The notes: generated by a model not told the origin, from the sequence alone. A DNA stretch of 23,716 bases from Octopus sinensis (GCF_006345805.1 NW_021836593.1:1-23716); one strand, 5' to 3'. Positions 13,368 through 23,650 are shown, counted from the stretch's first letter. Numbers and translations: made by a program.

Positions 13368-14660
13368 TACCGTATTGTGTAAAAGGGACCAGCACAAGAA
13401 AAAGACGATAGAAGGACAAGGGACAAGAAGCGCTTGATACAAAACCATGTGTAAACAATAAAGCGCAAAAACAATCAATAACAAGATTTCAAAAGTCAAA
13501 ATTACCTAAAAGCGGTAATTTCCACTCACTGGTAGCCAAGATATTGCCACGCTTTGGTCGCCAAGGACATCCCAGGAAGGAGAGGTATACCTCTCCTCTT
13601 CATCTCTTCTCAGTTCCAGGCGCATTTTCAGACTAAGCCTATTTACACTGCCATCCTCGCGACATTCACCCACCTTTAAGCAAAACTATTGAAGGTCAAC
13701 ACATCCCACTCCGCCTCAGTTACCTTTACAAGAGGGATTTGAAACTGTTGACGAGGGCTTGGCCAAAAGGGAAGGTATCTTTCTTCAGTCCTTTCAGTTT
13801 CGGCCACCACAATACCTTCTTCGCCATAGCTACAAAACGGAGGAAAACAGCCAGCGCTTCCTAGCCAAATTCAAGGCAGAGGGGCGATCATCAAGATGGA
13901 CTCAGCCGATAACCGGACCATCCTACACACGAGAAAATGCTGCTTCACAGTTCAGTAATACCTGGTCACTGGACGACTGCATGCAGAACAGTCATATCGC
14001 ACTGCGCACCATTCGGACAGGTTCGTCTGACAGCAATTCCATGCCTGTAGAGCTAGTCTCGAGATGGCAGAGTATTCGATCCGTAAGAGTACCAGATCAG
14101 GAAGTTTTGGAAATTATTCATCGGATCCGGCCAACAAATCCTCGGGAAACACTAGCTGATTGATCTACAGAAAATACAGAACTCCATTTTGGGACTTCTT
14201 ACCACATTGCCAAACTGGCAGAAGATTGCGAAAGCACGCTTGATCTAGGAACGTAGCTCTGTCAATAAGAGGGGCTGCGGAAAATCCCATCTGGTAAAAT
14301 ATGACCGGATTTGCTACTGTACAAGAAACGCCTGAGATGTCACAGACTTAGTACAAATTTGCGCATCATTCGCCAAGGCATGCCTAGTTCTCTTGTGACA
14401 GCAAATGGACAATGTGACGAGCAGAACACGCAGGTCCCTTCCATAGAAATCCATGGAGCAGGGCAAGGAATGACGGTCAGGCAGTAGTAGATGACGAATG
14501 CAATGTAGGCATTCACCAACTTCGCCCGACCCTTTAGGACTGCTTCCTCTTTGCCCATTTCTGAGTGTAACTGGCTAACTTCCTTGTTACTCTCTCGGCT
14601 TAAACAACTGCATTTCGAGCAATTTGACCTGTACTCTCGTCATGCGTCAAACGATATTGT
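13368..14660 (-). mobile_element. Decayed 5'-truncated L1/Tx1-clade LINE (post-RT part of ORF2 plus 3' UTR)
   Basis: Minus-strand pieces: LKGRAKLVNAYIAFVIYYCLTVIPCPAPW (post-RT LS.KGR motif); RD*LYRHGIAVRRTCPNGAQCDMTVLHAVVQ*P (decayed zinc knuckle); VAMAKKVLWWPKLKGLKKDTFPFGQALVNSFK, homologous to the 2093-2998 copy. Multiple stops and frameshifts. Confidence 0.88.
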
Positions 14661-14671
14661 CCATTAGTATA

Positions 14672-14803
14672 TAGGCTCAAGCGTGGCTATGTGGAATGAA
14701 GATTGCTTCCCGACCTCATGGTTCCCGGTTCCACAGCGTGGTACCTTAAACAAGTATTTTCTACTATAGTCTCAAGCCGACCAAAGTCTTGGTAGAGATT
14801 ATA
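14672..14803 (+). mobile_element. 5' half of tRNA/CORE-type SINE
   Basis: GGCTCAAGCGTGGCTATGTGG...GCTTCCCGACCTCATGGTTCCCGG...CCTTAAACAAGTATTTTCTACTATAG...GCCGACCAAAG; homologous to 20058-20180. Confidence 0.8.
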
Positions 14804-14809
14804 AACAAT

Positions 14810-15442
14810 GAAAGTCCGATTTTGGTGATTCAATTCACAGAGGTACTAGAGAGTCAATCCAATGATAAATCTGACCTTAGATCTTGAAAGTTTCCATGAA
14901 TCCTGGCTCTGTTAAATCTGTTGTGGCTCCAAATGATGTCATATGTAGTGCAGCTTTTATTGTCTAATTTTGCTTTGGAAGTTATTGGAATATTGGTCAG
15001 TTGATGAGAACATTTTCTGCAAAAGCTCTAAAGGTTGGGGGATTTCAAGGAGTTTAACCTTTCAACCACTGTAGCATAGTGCAAGTGTCTCACCAGGCCA
15101 CTTCCTTGCTTTACGATGTATGCACTCAGTTGTCATTGCACCAATGGAAACACTAGTGTCATCTGCATAATGGACTGCTGGATCGTAATTGAAAGCTGCT
15201 TCATAGAATTTGCTTCTCAGAGCTATTGCAACTGCTCTTCGTTCTGCAGTGGAGACCCTATTCCTTGTCAGCCGTGCATACCTCTGTTCATCACTTTGAG
15301 AAGCTATGGCTTTTGTAGTGCTCAGTCTGTTCGTTTCTTGGTATGCTTCTCTTTCTGCAGCTGTCTCTCTTTCCCTGGACAGAGACATTCTTTTGGCTGA
15401 CCTTGACATTGCAGACAAATTTGACACTTTCCTTCTAGGCAT
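14810..15442 (-). pseudogene. Helitron Rep/helicase N-terminal region, disrupted
   Basis: MPRRK...EREAYQETNRL...AAFNYDPAVHY...VSIGAMTTECIHRKARKWPGETLALCYSG*KVKL...KIRQ*..HMTSFGA...GFMETFKI*GQIYHWIDSL matches the Helitron RepHel N-terminal motifs (AFNYDP, C.HC.A.KW.GE..CC..GKV, MTSFGA, TFKIQGQ.YH.IGSL). Confidence 0.88.
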
Positions 15443-15540
15443 GATTATAAACGTATATAGAAATACACGGGTGCAGAAGATAGTAAAAAATGAAAATAAG
15501 TGGGTTACGGAAATTATATTTCTTAAGACGATGGGGAGAG

Positions 15541-15950
15541 AGTAAATAAGAAATTTCTACGGAAAATAAAGTATTGTACGGGTTGAAGCGAAATTTGTCA
15601 GTAAACCAAAGCGCCAGTATCGAAGGAAATAGAAAAGTCGTTAACAGCAGAAAAACACAAAACCGTTGCAAAAGTAAATAAGAAGCTTTTAGGGAAATTA
15701 ACGAAGTGTACGGATTTAAGTGAAATTTTGAAGTTACTTCTGTTAGTAAATAATGAAATTACTTTTATCAGTAATTCGGCCAACAACAAAAAAAAAAAGA
15801 AAAGAAAGAAAAAGCACAAAACGTTGCAGAAGTAAATAAGAAATTTGCAGGCAAATTTAATGAAATATACGGATTGAAGTGAAATTTATGAAATTAATTC
15901 TGTCAGTAAATTATGTATGAAATTACTTTCAGCAGTAATTGTGAACTTCT
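15541..15950. repeat. Three diverged tandem units of ~130-160 bp
   Basis: The anchor AGTAAATAAGAA recurs at 15541, 15673 and 15831, each followed by a TACGG(A/G)TT(G/T)AAG(T/C)GAAATTT motif. Confidence 0.8.
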
Positions 15951-16642
15951 TTCTGTCAGTAATTTGTCGTTGTTGTTTGTAAATAGCGATTCAAACTTAC
16001 AGTGAAAACAATAGTGATTGAACTTTAAGTGAAAACAATAACATCTGAAAAATGAAACTGAAAACAATAGAGAGTGAGTAAGATATAGAGTCAGGAGGAG
16101 AGAGAGCTAGCTAGTTATACAAATAAGATAGATTTAGATTGATTGATAGATAAGATATATAGAGAGAGACACAGATACATATATATAGAAATAGATTTGG
16201 ATAGAGAGATATAGAGAGATAGAGATACATAGAGATGGATAGGGATATATAGAAAGAGAAATATAGTAGTCACTGACGCTAGAAAACCGGAAGTACATAT
16301 TTAAAAAGCTTTCAAAGACATGAATCTAATATAAAAAGCAATATTTTAAACTTTTTTATGACGAATGCATGTAAAAGAGATAATAAATTTCTGAAAGTTA
16401 CTTCGCAAAGAGTTACATCCCTTCTCCACTTTACCCAGAAACGAGTGTTTTCTGCTTTTGGTGGGGCGTTACCCATAATATAAAAAAAATTAAGAGTCTA
16501 AAATCATCCCCGGAACATAAATAATGTATGTTTCAAGTTTGGAGAAATTCAGTTGAAAAATACGGGTGTTATAATCTTTTACACACACACACACACACAA
16601 ACGCGCGCGCGCACACACTCTGAACGGGGATTATATTATAGA

Positions 16643-16680
16643 TGTATGTATGTATGTATGTATGTATGTATGTATGTATG

Positions 16681-16722
<42 letters not shown>

Positions 16723-16945
16723 CATATGCATGTATCTGTGACTCTCTGTCTTTGACCCTTGACCCCTATCACTGCTTGACAACGTAACTCTACGGATCGG
16801 CCAAAAGAAACGATAGAATAAAATGAAGGCTTAAAAATAAGTCTTGTGGGTGGATTAGTTCGACTAAAAACTCTTCAATGTGCTACTCCTGCATGGTCGC
16901 AGTCAAATGACTGAAACATATAAAAGAATAAAAGAATATATATAT
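16643..16945 (+). mobile_element. Internal SSR plus 3' half of the CORE-type SINE
   Basis: (TATG)n(TA)n, then CACTGCTTGACAAC...CGGCCAAAAGAAACGATAGAATAA...GTTCGACTAAAA...GCAGTCAAATGACTGAAAC-ATATAAAAGAATAAAAGAAT. Reverse-homologous to 5490-5700. Confidence 0.75.
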
Positions 16946-17013
16946 AGGGAAAGAGGATAATTTTTCTCTCAGGTGAGAGTAAAATGCCTTGTCATTTTTT
17001 ATAAGTAGATGTA

Positions 17014-17533
17014 TTGGGTTGTCCGGAAAGTTCGTGTCGATTAAAGAAAAAGGTCAATAAATACTTGCCATTACATTTTTAATCAACCAAATATGAACCA
17101 TTTTGTTGCACAATGTACCTCAGAATTGTGGTGGTTTCATGGCAAAGAATTCATCAAGGTATCTTTTTACGTCATCCAAGGAATTGAAATTTTTTCCATT
17201 AAGACTATTCTGCAGAGAATAAGTGGAAATCCGAAGGAGCAATATCTGATGAATATGGAGGGTGGGGTAACACATCCCAGCCAAGCTGCAGCAATTTTTG
17301 TCTGGTTCCCAAAGCATCAAGTGCCGAAAATGAACTTTCTTATCGTCCATCTTAAAGGGTTACAGAATTAACACAGGTTATAGGAACAAAAAACCTTCTT
17401 CCACGAAAAGATAGCTTAAACTGTGCTCTAAATTTAGGTGTAGTCAAATCTTATTTTATGAACTTAACCATGTTCTAAAACAAGTTGAAATGTAAGCTCT
17501 TATAAATCGGCACGAACTTTCCGGACAACCCAA
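17014..17533 (-). mobile_element. Internally deleted mariner transposon (520 bp), intact ends
   Basis: 29-bp TIRs with one mismatch (TTGGGTTGTCCGGAAAGTTCGTG[T/C]CGATT) and TA TSDs at 17012-17013 and 17534-17535. Minus strand encodes MDDKKVHFRHLMLWE joined to TRQKLLQLGWDVLPHPPYSSDIAPSDFHL (YSPDLAPSD motif), SLQNSLNGKNFNSLDDVKRYLDEFF and IVQQNGSYLVD*. Confidence 0.95.
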
Positions 17534-17779
17534 TATAAGCTTTATTAAACCTGCTGAAATTACTTTCAAGACATCGAAAAGAAGCTTTATTTGTTACACG
17601 TAGTGAAAAATATAACGAAATATTTCACAGGTAAATCCTCGGGAGTATCAGAGATATGATGTTATGTATTCTCTGCGACAATAAAATCATTCGCAAGGGG
17701 CTCAGTACGTGAAAACAAGGTGGCGGCGACAACACCTGGTATAATACCGATAAGGGCATTAGTAGTAGTGTACATGTCG

Positions 17780-17913
17780 TCGATGATGGTGGTGGTGGTG
17801 ATATTGATGGTGATGATGACAATGCTGTTGCCGAGGATTATGATAAATACGATGACGATAAAAATGATGGCGATAAAAATGATGACGATGATGATGACGA
17901 TGGTGATGATGAC

Positions 17914-17953
<40 letters not shown>

Positions 17954-18160
17954 TTGACGGTTACGACTGTAAAATCGATACGGCTGCTTCTTTGGCTGTT
18001 GCTGCTCATGCTGCTGTTGCTGCTGCTGCCCCTGATGATGATGATGATGGGGAGGATTATGATGATGACGACGATGATAATGATGACGATGATGAGGAAG
18101 AGGTGGAAGTGGGAGGATAGTGACAATGAAAAGAATGACGACGAAGATGAAGACTGTTGA
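17780..18160. repeat. Degenerate (GAT/GAC/GGT/GCT)n trinucleotide array
   Basis: Direct reading. Confidence 0.93.
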
Positions 18161-18337
18161 TTTTTATGACAAGGAACCGCATACAGCTGCCAGAAAACGG
18201 CTGTTTGAGTAAATCAAACCGTTTGAGACTAGTGTTCACAATAGAACTTTTGGAAGTTCTGCAGCTTGGAACCGATTGAAATATTGATGCTACCAAGCCT
18301 ATAGGAATAACATCAGAGAACACTTTAACTAATAGAA

Positions 18338-18726
18338 TACACACACACACACACACACACACATACACACACACATACACACACACATACACACACACAC
18401 GAGCATACATATAGACATATATATCTATATCTATATCTTCCAAATATTTTCATTTCTCTTTCCTTCTTGCTTTCTTCTTTATTTCGTTCCTGTATCTTTT
18501 TCTTTTTCTCTTATTTTCTTTTCTCTCCCTCACTTCTTTTTTTATTTCTTAAAAATTTTTGTGGCATTTATTCATTTTTGCTCTTCTTCAAATCATTTTA
18601 ACACAATCGCTGTATTTCTATTTCAGCTCATGAACATATTACGTACACATCAAAGACTAAACTCAAGTCTATATGAAAAGAAACGCAACCACACACACTG
18701 ACAAGCACAGGTAATCACACACACAC

Positions 18727-18764
<38 letters not shown>

Positions 18765-19210
18765 AGAACACGCACAGATATACACAGTAACATAAGCGCA
18801 CCCATAAACAATGACAAACATAAGCAAGTGCAAACACACAAGAGGACGTACGTGGGTGCATATATGAACAGAGAAAGGAAAACCAGTTAATTCCTACGGT
18901 TTGCACAGGCATAGTGTCGCCTTTCTTTCGCCTCCTCTTACGCCATCACTTTATCTAGCATTCTATTTCGCTGTTCCTGTCACATATTACTAATTTCTCA
19001 CATATCTAAATCCTATCAACTCAGTATTATTTACGCAAAGACGAACACACACCAACACATACGCAAATAGATATAAACAAGCACACTCATACACGAATAC
19101 GCACAAACTGTAACACACACACACACACGCACAAATAGATTGTAAAGAAACACACACACAGATACGCGAATACACAGAGATTATAACCAAACAGCCTCAC
19201 TCACACACGA
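18338..19210. repeat. (CA)n and degenerate CA-rich field with a CT-rich tract
   Basis: Direct reading. Confidence 0.8.
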
Positions 19211-19379
19211 CTACATTCAGTCGTAGATACGCTCATATACGGCTACATTTTCTTTCATGTCTGTCTCTTCTCATTCACAAATGCGAACACATGTTGGAAA
19301 AGCACAGAAAAGAATGAAGTAAAAGCAAAAAAAGAATTTTTGAACACTTCACTGATACTAACAACAGTAACGCCATTTT

Positions 19380-19803
19380 TACCACCACCACTACCGCCGC
19401 CGCCGCCGCCGCCATCGTACTGCCATTAATCGTGATCGTCATCGTGATCGTTATCGTCGTCGTCGTCGTCATCATCATCATCATCATCATCAATCACCAT
19501 CGTCGTCGACATTGTCACCACCGTCATTACCATCATCGTCATCATCGTCATCGTCATCGTCATCGTCATCATCATCATCATTATCATCGCCGTCGTCGTC
19601 GTCATCATCACCGTCATTACCATCATCGTCATCGTCATAGTCATCGTCATCGTCATCGTCATTATCATCGTCATCATCGCCATCATCGTCACCATCACCA
19701 TCATCATCATCACCGCCGTTGTCGTCGTCGTCGTTGTCATCATCATCATCATCATCGTCGTCGTCGTCATTGTCGTCATCATCATCATCATCGTCGTCGT
19801 CAG

Positions 19804-19872
<69 letters not shown>

Positions 19873-19895
19873 CATCTATCTATCTGTCTGTCAGT
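19380..19895. repeat. (CAT/CGT/CAC)n array followed by (CTAT)n
   Basis: Direct reading; explains the poly-H/R, poly-S and poly-M ORFs. Confidence 0.95.
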
Positions 19896-20057
19896 CAGTA
19901 TGCCTGTCTAGCCATCTATGTGTCTCGGTTGATTGTCTATCTATGTATTCTGTCTGTCTATGTATTTTGTCTGTCTGTCTATTCTGTTAGTCTGCCATCG
20001 ATCAGTTTTCTAAAAGCTCTCACTGGTTAATGGAATTCAATATGTATAATTCGAACA

Positions 20058-20386
20058 GACGTAGCTGTGTGTTAAGAAGCTGGCTTCCCAACCACATTGT
20101 TTCAAGTTCGGTCCTATAGCGTAGCACGTTGGTCAAGTGTATTCTACTATAACACTGGGCCGTCCGAAGCCTTGTGAGAGGATTGGATGGACGGAAACTG
20201 AAAGAAACCCATCGTATGTGTGTGAGTTAGTCTTCTTGCCTTGACATCGGGTGATGGTAATAAGCAAGTGTCACTGAAATGCAAACGGTATTCTTCACTT
20301 TTCAGTTTTCCGTGAAAACGTGTCTTGTTATGAGAAACTATTACCTTGCGAACAGATGAGGATTGGTGATAGAAAGGGCATCTAAT
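20058..20386 (+). mobile_element. tRNA/CORE-type SINE with a different 3' half
   Basis: Head GTAGCTGTGTGTTAAGAAGCTGGCTTCCCAACCAC, central GGTCAAGTGTATTCTACTATA...GACGGAAACTGAAAGAAACCC. The 3' part ends GGTGATAGAAAGGGCATC, which resembles an RTE-type tail (from memory). Confidence 0.75.
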
Positions 20387-20394
20387 CCTATTCG

Positions 20395-20639
20395 CACTTC
20401 CCCAGGCTGAAAATGCAGCTCAAAGTCGCCTTCTTAACATCATTGTCGAGATCCAGCGCGAATCGCAGAAGGTCCTCGGCATGCTTGCAGAAAACGACCT
20501 CTAGGCCGGCTTTCAAAAGTGAAAGGAACGCTGGACTCGTACTGTTGCACAAGGAGACTATTTCAAAGCAGATGATGTTAAAACTTACGTAAATAAGTTA
20601 TTTATTATCGAACATAACTTGTCCGGGAACCTTTTCCTA
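20395..20639 (+). mobile_element. Mariner 3' end fragment with one TIR
   Basis: FPRLKMQLK / IVEIQRESQKVLGMLAENDL*AGFQK*KERWTRTVAQGDYFKAD matches the mariner transposase C-terminus (..W..RW..CI...GDYFEG). The terminus GTCCGGGAACCTTTTCCTAACACCTCG-TA is a mariner-like TIR end. Confidence 0.8.
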
Positions 20640-20733
20640 ACACCTCGTATATATGCACGTGTGAGTATATTGCGGAAGTAGTCTCTTCTGATCAGGTTAG
20701 CTTGATCACAATATAATTCACTGATATGATTAA

Positions 20734-20889
20734 TATCTTTATTGCCTACAGAGTTCTTAATATCGAGTGGACAAACAAGGAGTGACAAAGGGATTAAGTC
20801 GGAATTGAGCTCAGAACGTAAATACAGACGAATACCATTATGCATTTCGCCCGGCGTGCTAACGATTCTGCTAGCTCGCCACCCTTAAC
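20734..20889 (-). mobile_element. Internally deleted SINE (GGCGAGCTGGCAGAA family) with probable TSD
   Basis: Well-preserved head GGCGAGCTAGCAGAATCGTTAGCACGCCGGGCGAAATGC. Flanking TCACTGATAT(G/C)ATTAA at 20718-20733 and 20890-20905 (15/16 match). Confidence 0.85.
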
Positions 20890-21601
20890 TCACTGATATC
20901 ATTAAGCATATAAAGTACTTGGGATTCACAAAAAATGTTTGGGATTTACTAACCTTCATAATAGAAAGTGCCTCCCATTGCATATTTGATATACAGTAAA
21001 TGTGATTGTGTGTTTATGCTTGTGTGGGGTCTGAGTGTAGGCGAGTGTATATGACGTGTATGGTGAAAGGCATGTGTATATTCCTTTCATCCTTTTTCAA
21101 TATTTATTTTGGCTTCCAAAAGCCGGTTCTTTTGATCAAACTATTGTAATTCCTATATTTCGTTTTTGGATTTGGTTTGCAAGATACTTTATGTGAGTTC
21201 GTATGTTGAAGCATATTCTGTTGTGCCTTAAATTATAAGGCACAAAAATAAATGACTCTCCCCAGACACAACAGAATGTTGTCACTCCAGCTGGTTCAAA
21301 TGCCAAGATATCCAAAATTGTAAAAGTGTTGTACAGCGGTTTAGCTATGAAATTATGAAAGTATATTTTTGTTTTCTGAAAAAGCAACGTTTTGGACTTA
21401 CGGCACTTTTGAATAATAGCAACGATATGTATGTATATATATATACATATGCAATGTTAATTCAAGTCCAAATATGCTTGAAGCACGTTGGAACTGGGTA
21501 ACAAGCCAGTTATTGTGTCCAAAAATAATGTTAGAAAGATATACATACATACATACATACATACATACATACATACACATACACACACACACTTACGTAC
21601 G

Positions 21602-21640
<39 letters not shown>

Positions 21641-22692
21641 ATATATAAGCAATGTTATTAGCAGTCCAAAAATGCTTGAGGCACATTAGAACTAGTTAAC
21701 AAGCCATTCACTGTGTTTTGCGATGGAGAATATTTTTCACCGTCGACAAATGGTGTGGACAAGTCTAGATCAGCTCGCTGCGCCACTTGTCAAGACTGTG
21801 AGATGCCAGCATTTCGGAGTAGTGGTCTCATCCTCGGTCACAGACACCAGGCAAGTAATGCTGCCAGCCGATCAAAGAGATTACCTTGTGTGTGTGAGTG
21901 TGTGTGTGTACGTGCGTGTGTGTGTGTGCGTGCCTGTGTGTGTATGTGTGTGGGTCTGTCTATGTGGTTAAGGTGCCGGTTGTTAAAATATGCTGAATAC
22001 CTCAAACTTCGCGAGGAACTCGCCCCGGAGATGATGGAGAACGATGGATATTTCGGCGTTTTTGCGGCCCATTGAATGAAGTCACCTCGAAATTAATTCA
22101 AGTACTGGTCTGCGATATTTATGCAAATTTTGTAGAGTTTATTTATCTACTGGTGTGCAAGAGCGCCGCACAGAATAACAAAATTAAATTTTGAATTATA
22201 ATCTCCTCTAATATTGTAAATATTATCGATGTCTTGAAGGAATATTTTCCCTGACACTATACCACAGCTATAAAATCATTAGCGAAAGACATGAACTAAT
22301 TAACTTTCAGTTCAGTCGTACTGTTTTCACACGTCCGCCGAACGCTTTCTACTATAGCCCTGGGCCGACTAATAGATTCTAATTTGCGTTACAGAAATTT
22401 CGTGGAAACTTGACGTGTTTATAATTTATATATATATATATAAATATACATAGATTAAATTCTTTTAAAACTTTTAACGTCTTTTCTTCTCCATCTTTAA
22501 TTGTTTGTTGAGCTTCTATAGGGTATACGTTTTATAAATGCTCATAACACACCTTATACTTGTAGCATTTTCATATTCGAAAAATTCTTACAACAGTAAG
22601 CTAATAATGTAATATGAAGAATCTTTATTAGAAATCGACCTTTGGAACCTCCCAAAGGATGACTTAGACCTCAACCTTTTCTCTCTCTCTCA

Positions 22693-22727
<35 letters not shown>

Positions 22728-22798
22728 CTCTCTCTCTCTCTCTCTCACAGACACACACACACACACAGACACACACACACATATGTTAAATAAGATAC

Positions 22799-23066
22799 GA
22801 CAACAAAACCAATGGTGTGTGGAATTTACAAGACATAGTCTTACAGTTGTTTCTGAGATATTAGGGATATCTCTTCATCAGAGATAATATGAGAGAGTTA
22901 ACTAGAGGGAAATAGTAGAGTTCAATATATAACTACTCAACTATTTCCCCTCTAGTTAATTCTCTCATATCGTCTCTGACGAAGGGATGTCCCCAATATC
23001 CCAGAAACAGACTATTTTTTCTTTATAAATGTCTTATAAATTCCACACAGTCTTGGTTTCGTTGTC
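22799..23066. repeat. Foldback (inverted repeat, ~120-bp arms) of Penelope-like ends
   Basis: Arms 22799-22916 and 22940-23066 are reverse complements with substitutions and indels; 23-bp spacer. Confidence 0.9.
22838..22885 (-). ncRNA. Type I hammerhead-ribozyme-like motif (minimal stem III)
   Basis: Minus strand: ATCT-CTGATGA-A-GAGATAT ccctA ATATCTC-A-GAAA-CAACTG-TA-AGAC. Core, 7-bp stem II, GUA triplet and stem I (TCT/AGA) are present. It carries atypical extra A residues on both sides of stem II. Confidence 0.55.
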
Positions 23067-23084
23067 TCATTTTAAGGACACTAT

Positions 23085-23160
23085 TCAGGACACTAATTAG
23101 AATCGAACTCGGAATCTTGGGGTTAGTAGCCTGCGCTCTTAACCACTATGCCATATGTCC
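23085..23160 (-). mobile_element. tRNA-derived SINE head
   Basis: GGACATATGGCATAGTGGTTAAGAGCGCAGGCTACTAACCCCAAGATTCCGAGTTCGATTC: A box, anticodon-like arm and B box, but no acceptor stem, so not a tRNA gene. Confidence 0.8.
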
Positions 23161-23305
23161 GAAAAATGCCGTAGGAATGAGAACCAAGGTTCGAAATTTC
23201 CCCAAGACACCTGATGAAGGCTGGAGGGTATATCAGCTGAAGCGTTGTGTTAACAACAAACAAGATGAGGAAAATATCTGTAAAATGTAAATAATATAAA
23301 TAATG
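23161..23305 (+). mobile_element. Repeat body carrying a hammerhead-like motif (23206-23251)
   Basis: GACAC-CTGATGA-A-GGCTGG agggtata TCAGCT-GAAG-CG-TT-GTGTT. Stem I ACAC/GTGT and stem II form; the core GAAA is mutated to GAAG. Homologous to 3884-3990 and 4133-4213. Confidence 0.7.
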
Positions 23306-23439
23306 TTGTTATTGTTATAGATTTTGTTGATGTTAGCGATGCTGTTCAGGTTTTGTCGATCTTTTTAAAAAAACTTCTCTTGTTTCTCGAACGTATGTAA
23401 TTCCAAAGTCGTTTCAATTTTCACTGTGCACTTTTGAGT

Positions 23440-23650
23440 AGAAGATGGTGGTACTGATAATACCGATGATGACGAAGAGGAGGAGAAAGTGGAGGAGGAT
23501 AATGAAGAAAATGATGATGTTGATGATGATGAGGACGACAACGAAGATGATGACAATGATGTTGATAATAATAATGTTACTGCTCTTGTTGATGATAATG
23601 ATGGTGATGCCGACACCAACGTCTACGACGACGATGATGATGGTGTGATG
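23440..23650. repeat. Degenerate (GAT/GAC/GAG)n array
   Basis: Direct reading. Confidence 0.9.

Larger units (their letters stand above)
14805..16642 (-). mobile_element. Helitron 5' fragment (5' terminus, minisatellite, RepHel N-terminal pseudogene)
   Basis: Minus strand starts A|TCTATAATATAATC followed by a (GT)n tract, matching the Helitron 5'-TC terminus after a host A. The ORF from 15442 is Helitron-like. The extent between the terminus and the ORF is inferred. Confidence 0.7.

Noticed and set aside
13759-14163. 134-aa plus-strand ORF (also 2243-2719 minus and 15116-15545 plus)
   Set aside because: Antisense shadows of the LINE and Helitron coding remnants.
17662-19911. Poly-M/I/H/R/S ORFs (and similar ones at 9138-9982, 11007-11488, 23365-23648)
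   Set aside because: All are trinucleotide-repeat translations with no domain content.
21136-21387. 83-aa minus-strand ORF as a host exon (also 8616-8882)
   Set aside because: No recognisable motif or clear splice signals; length is within chance expectation.
22347-22370. TTTCTACTATAGCCCTGGGCCGAC SINE central motif
   Set aside because: Matches the CORE-type SINE but is only about 24 bp with no head or tail; too small to annotate as an element.
23085-23160. tRNA gene (also 5240-5316)
   Set aside because: A/B boxes are present but the acceptor stem is not; both continue into or abut repeat bodies, so they are SINE heads.
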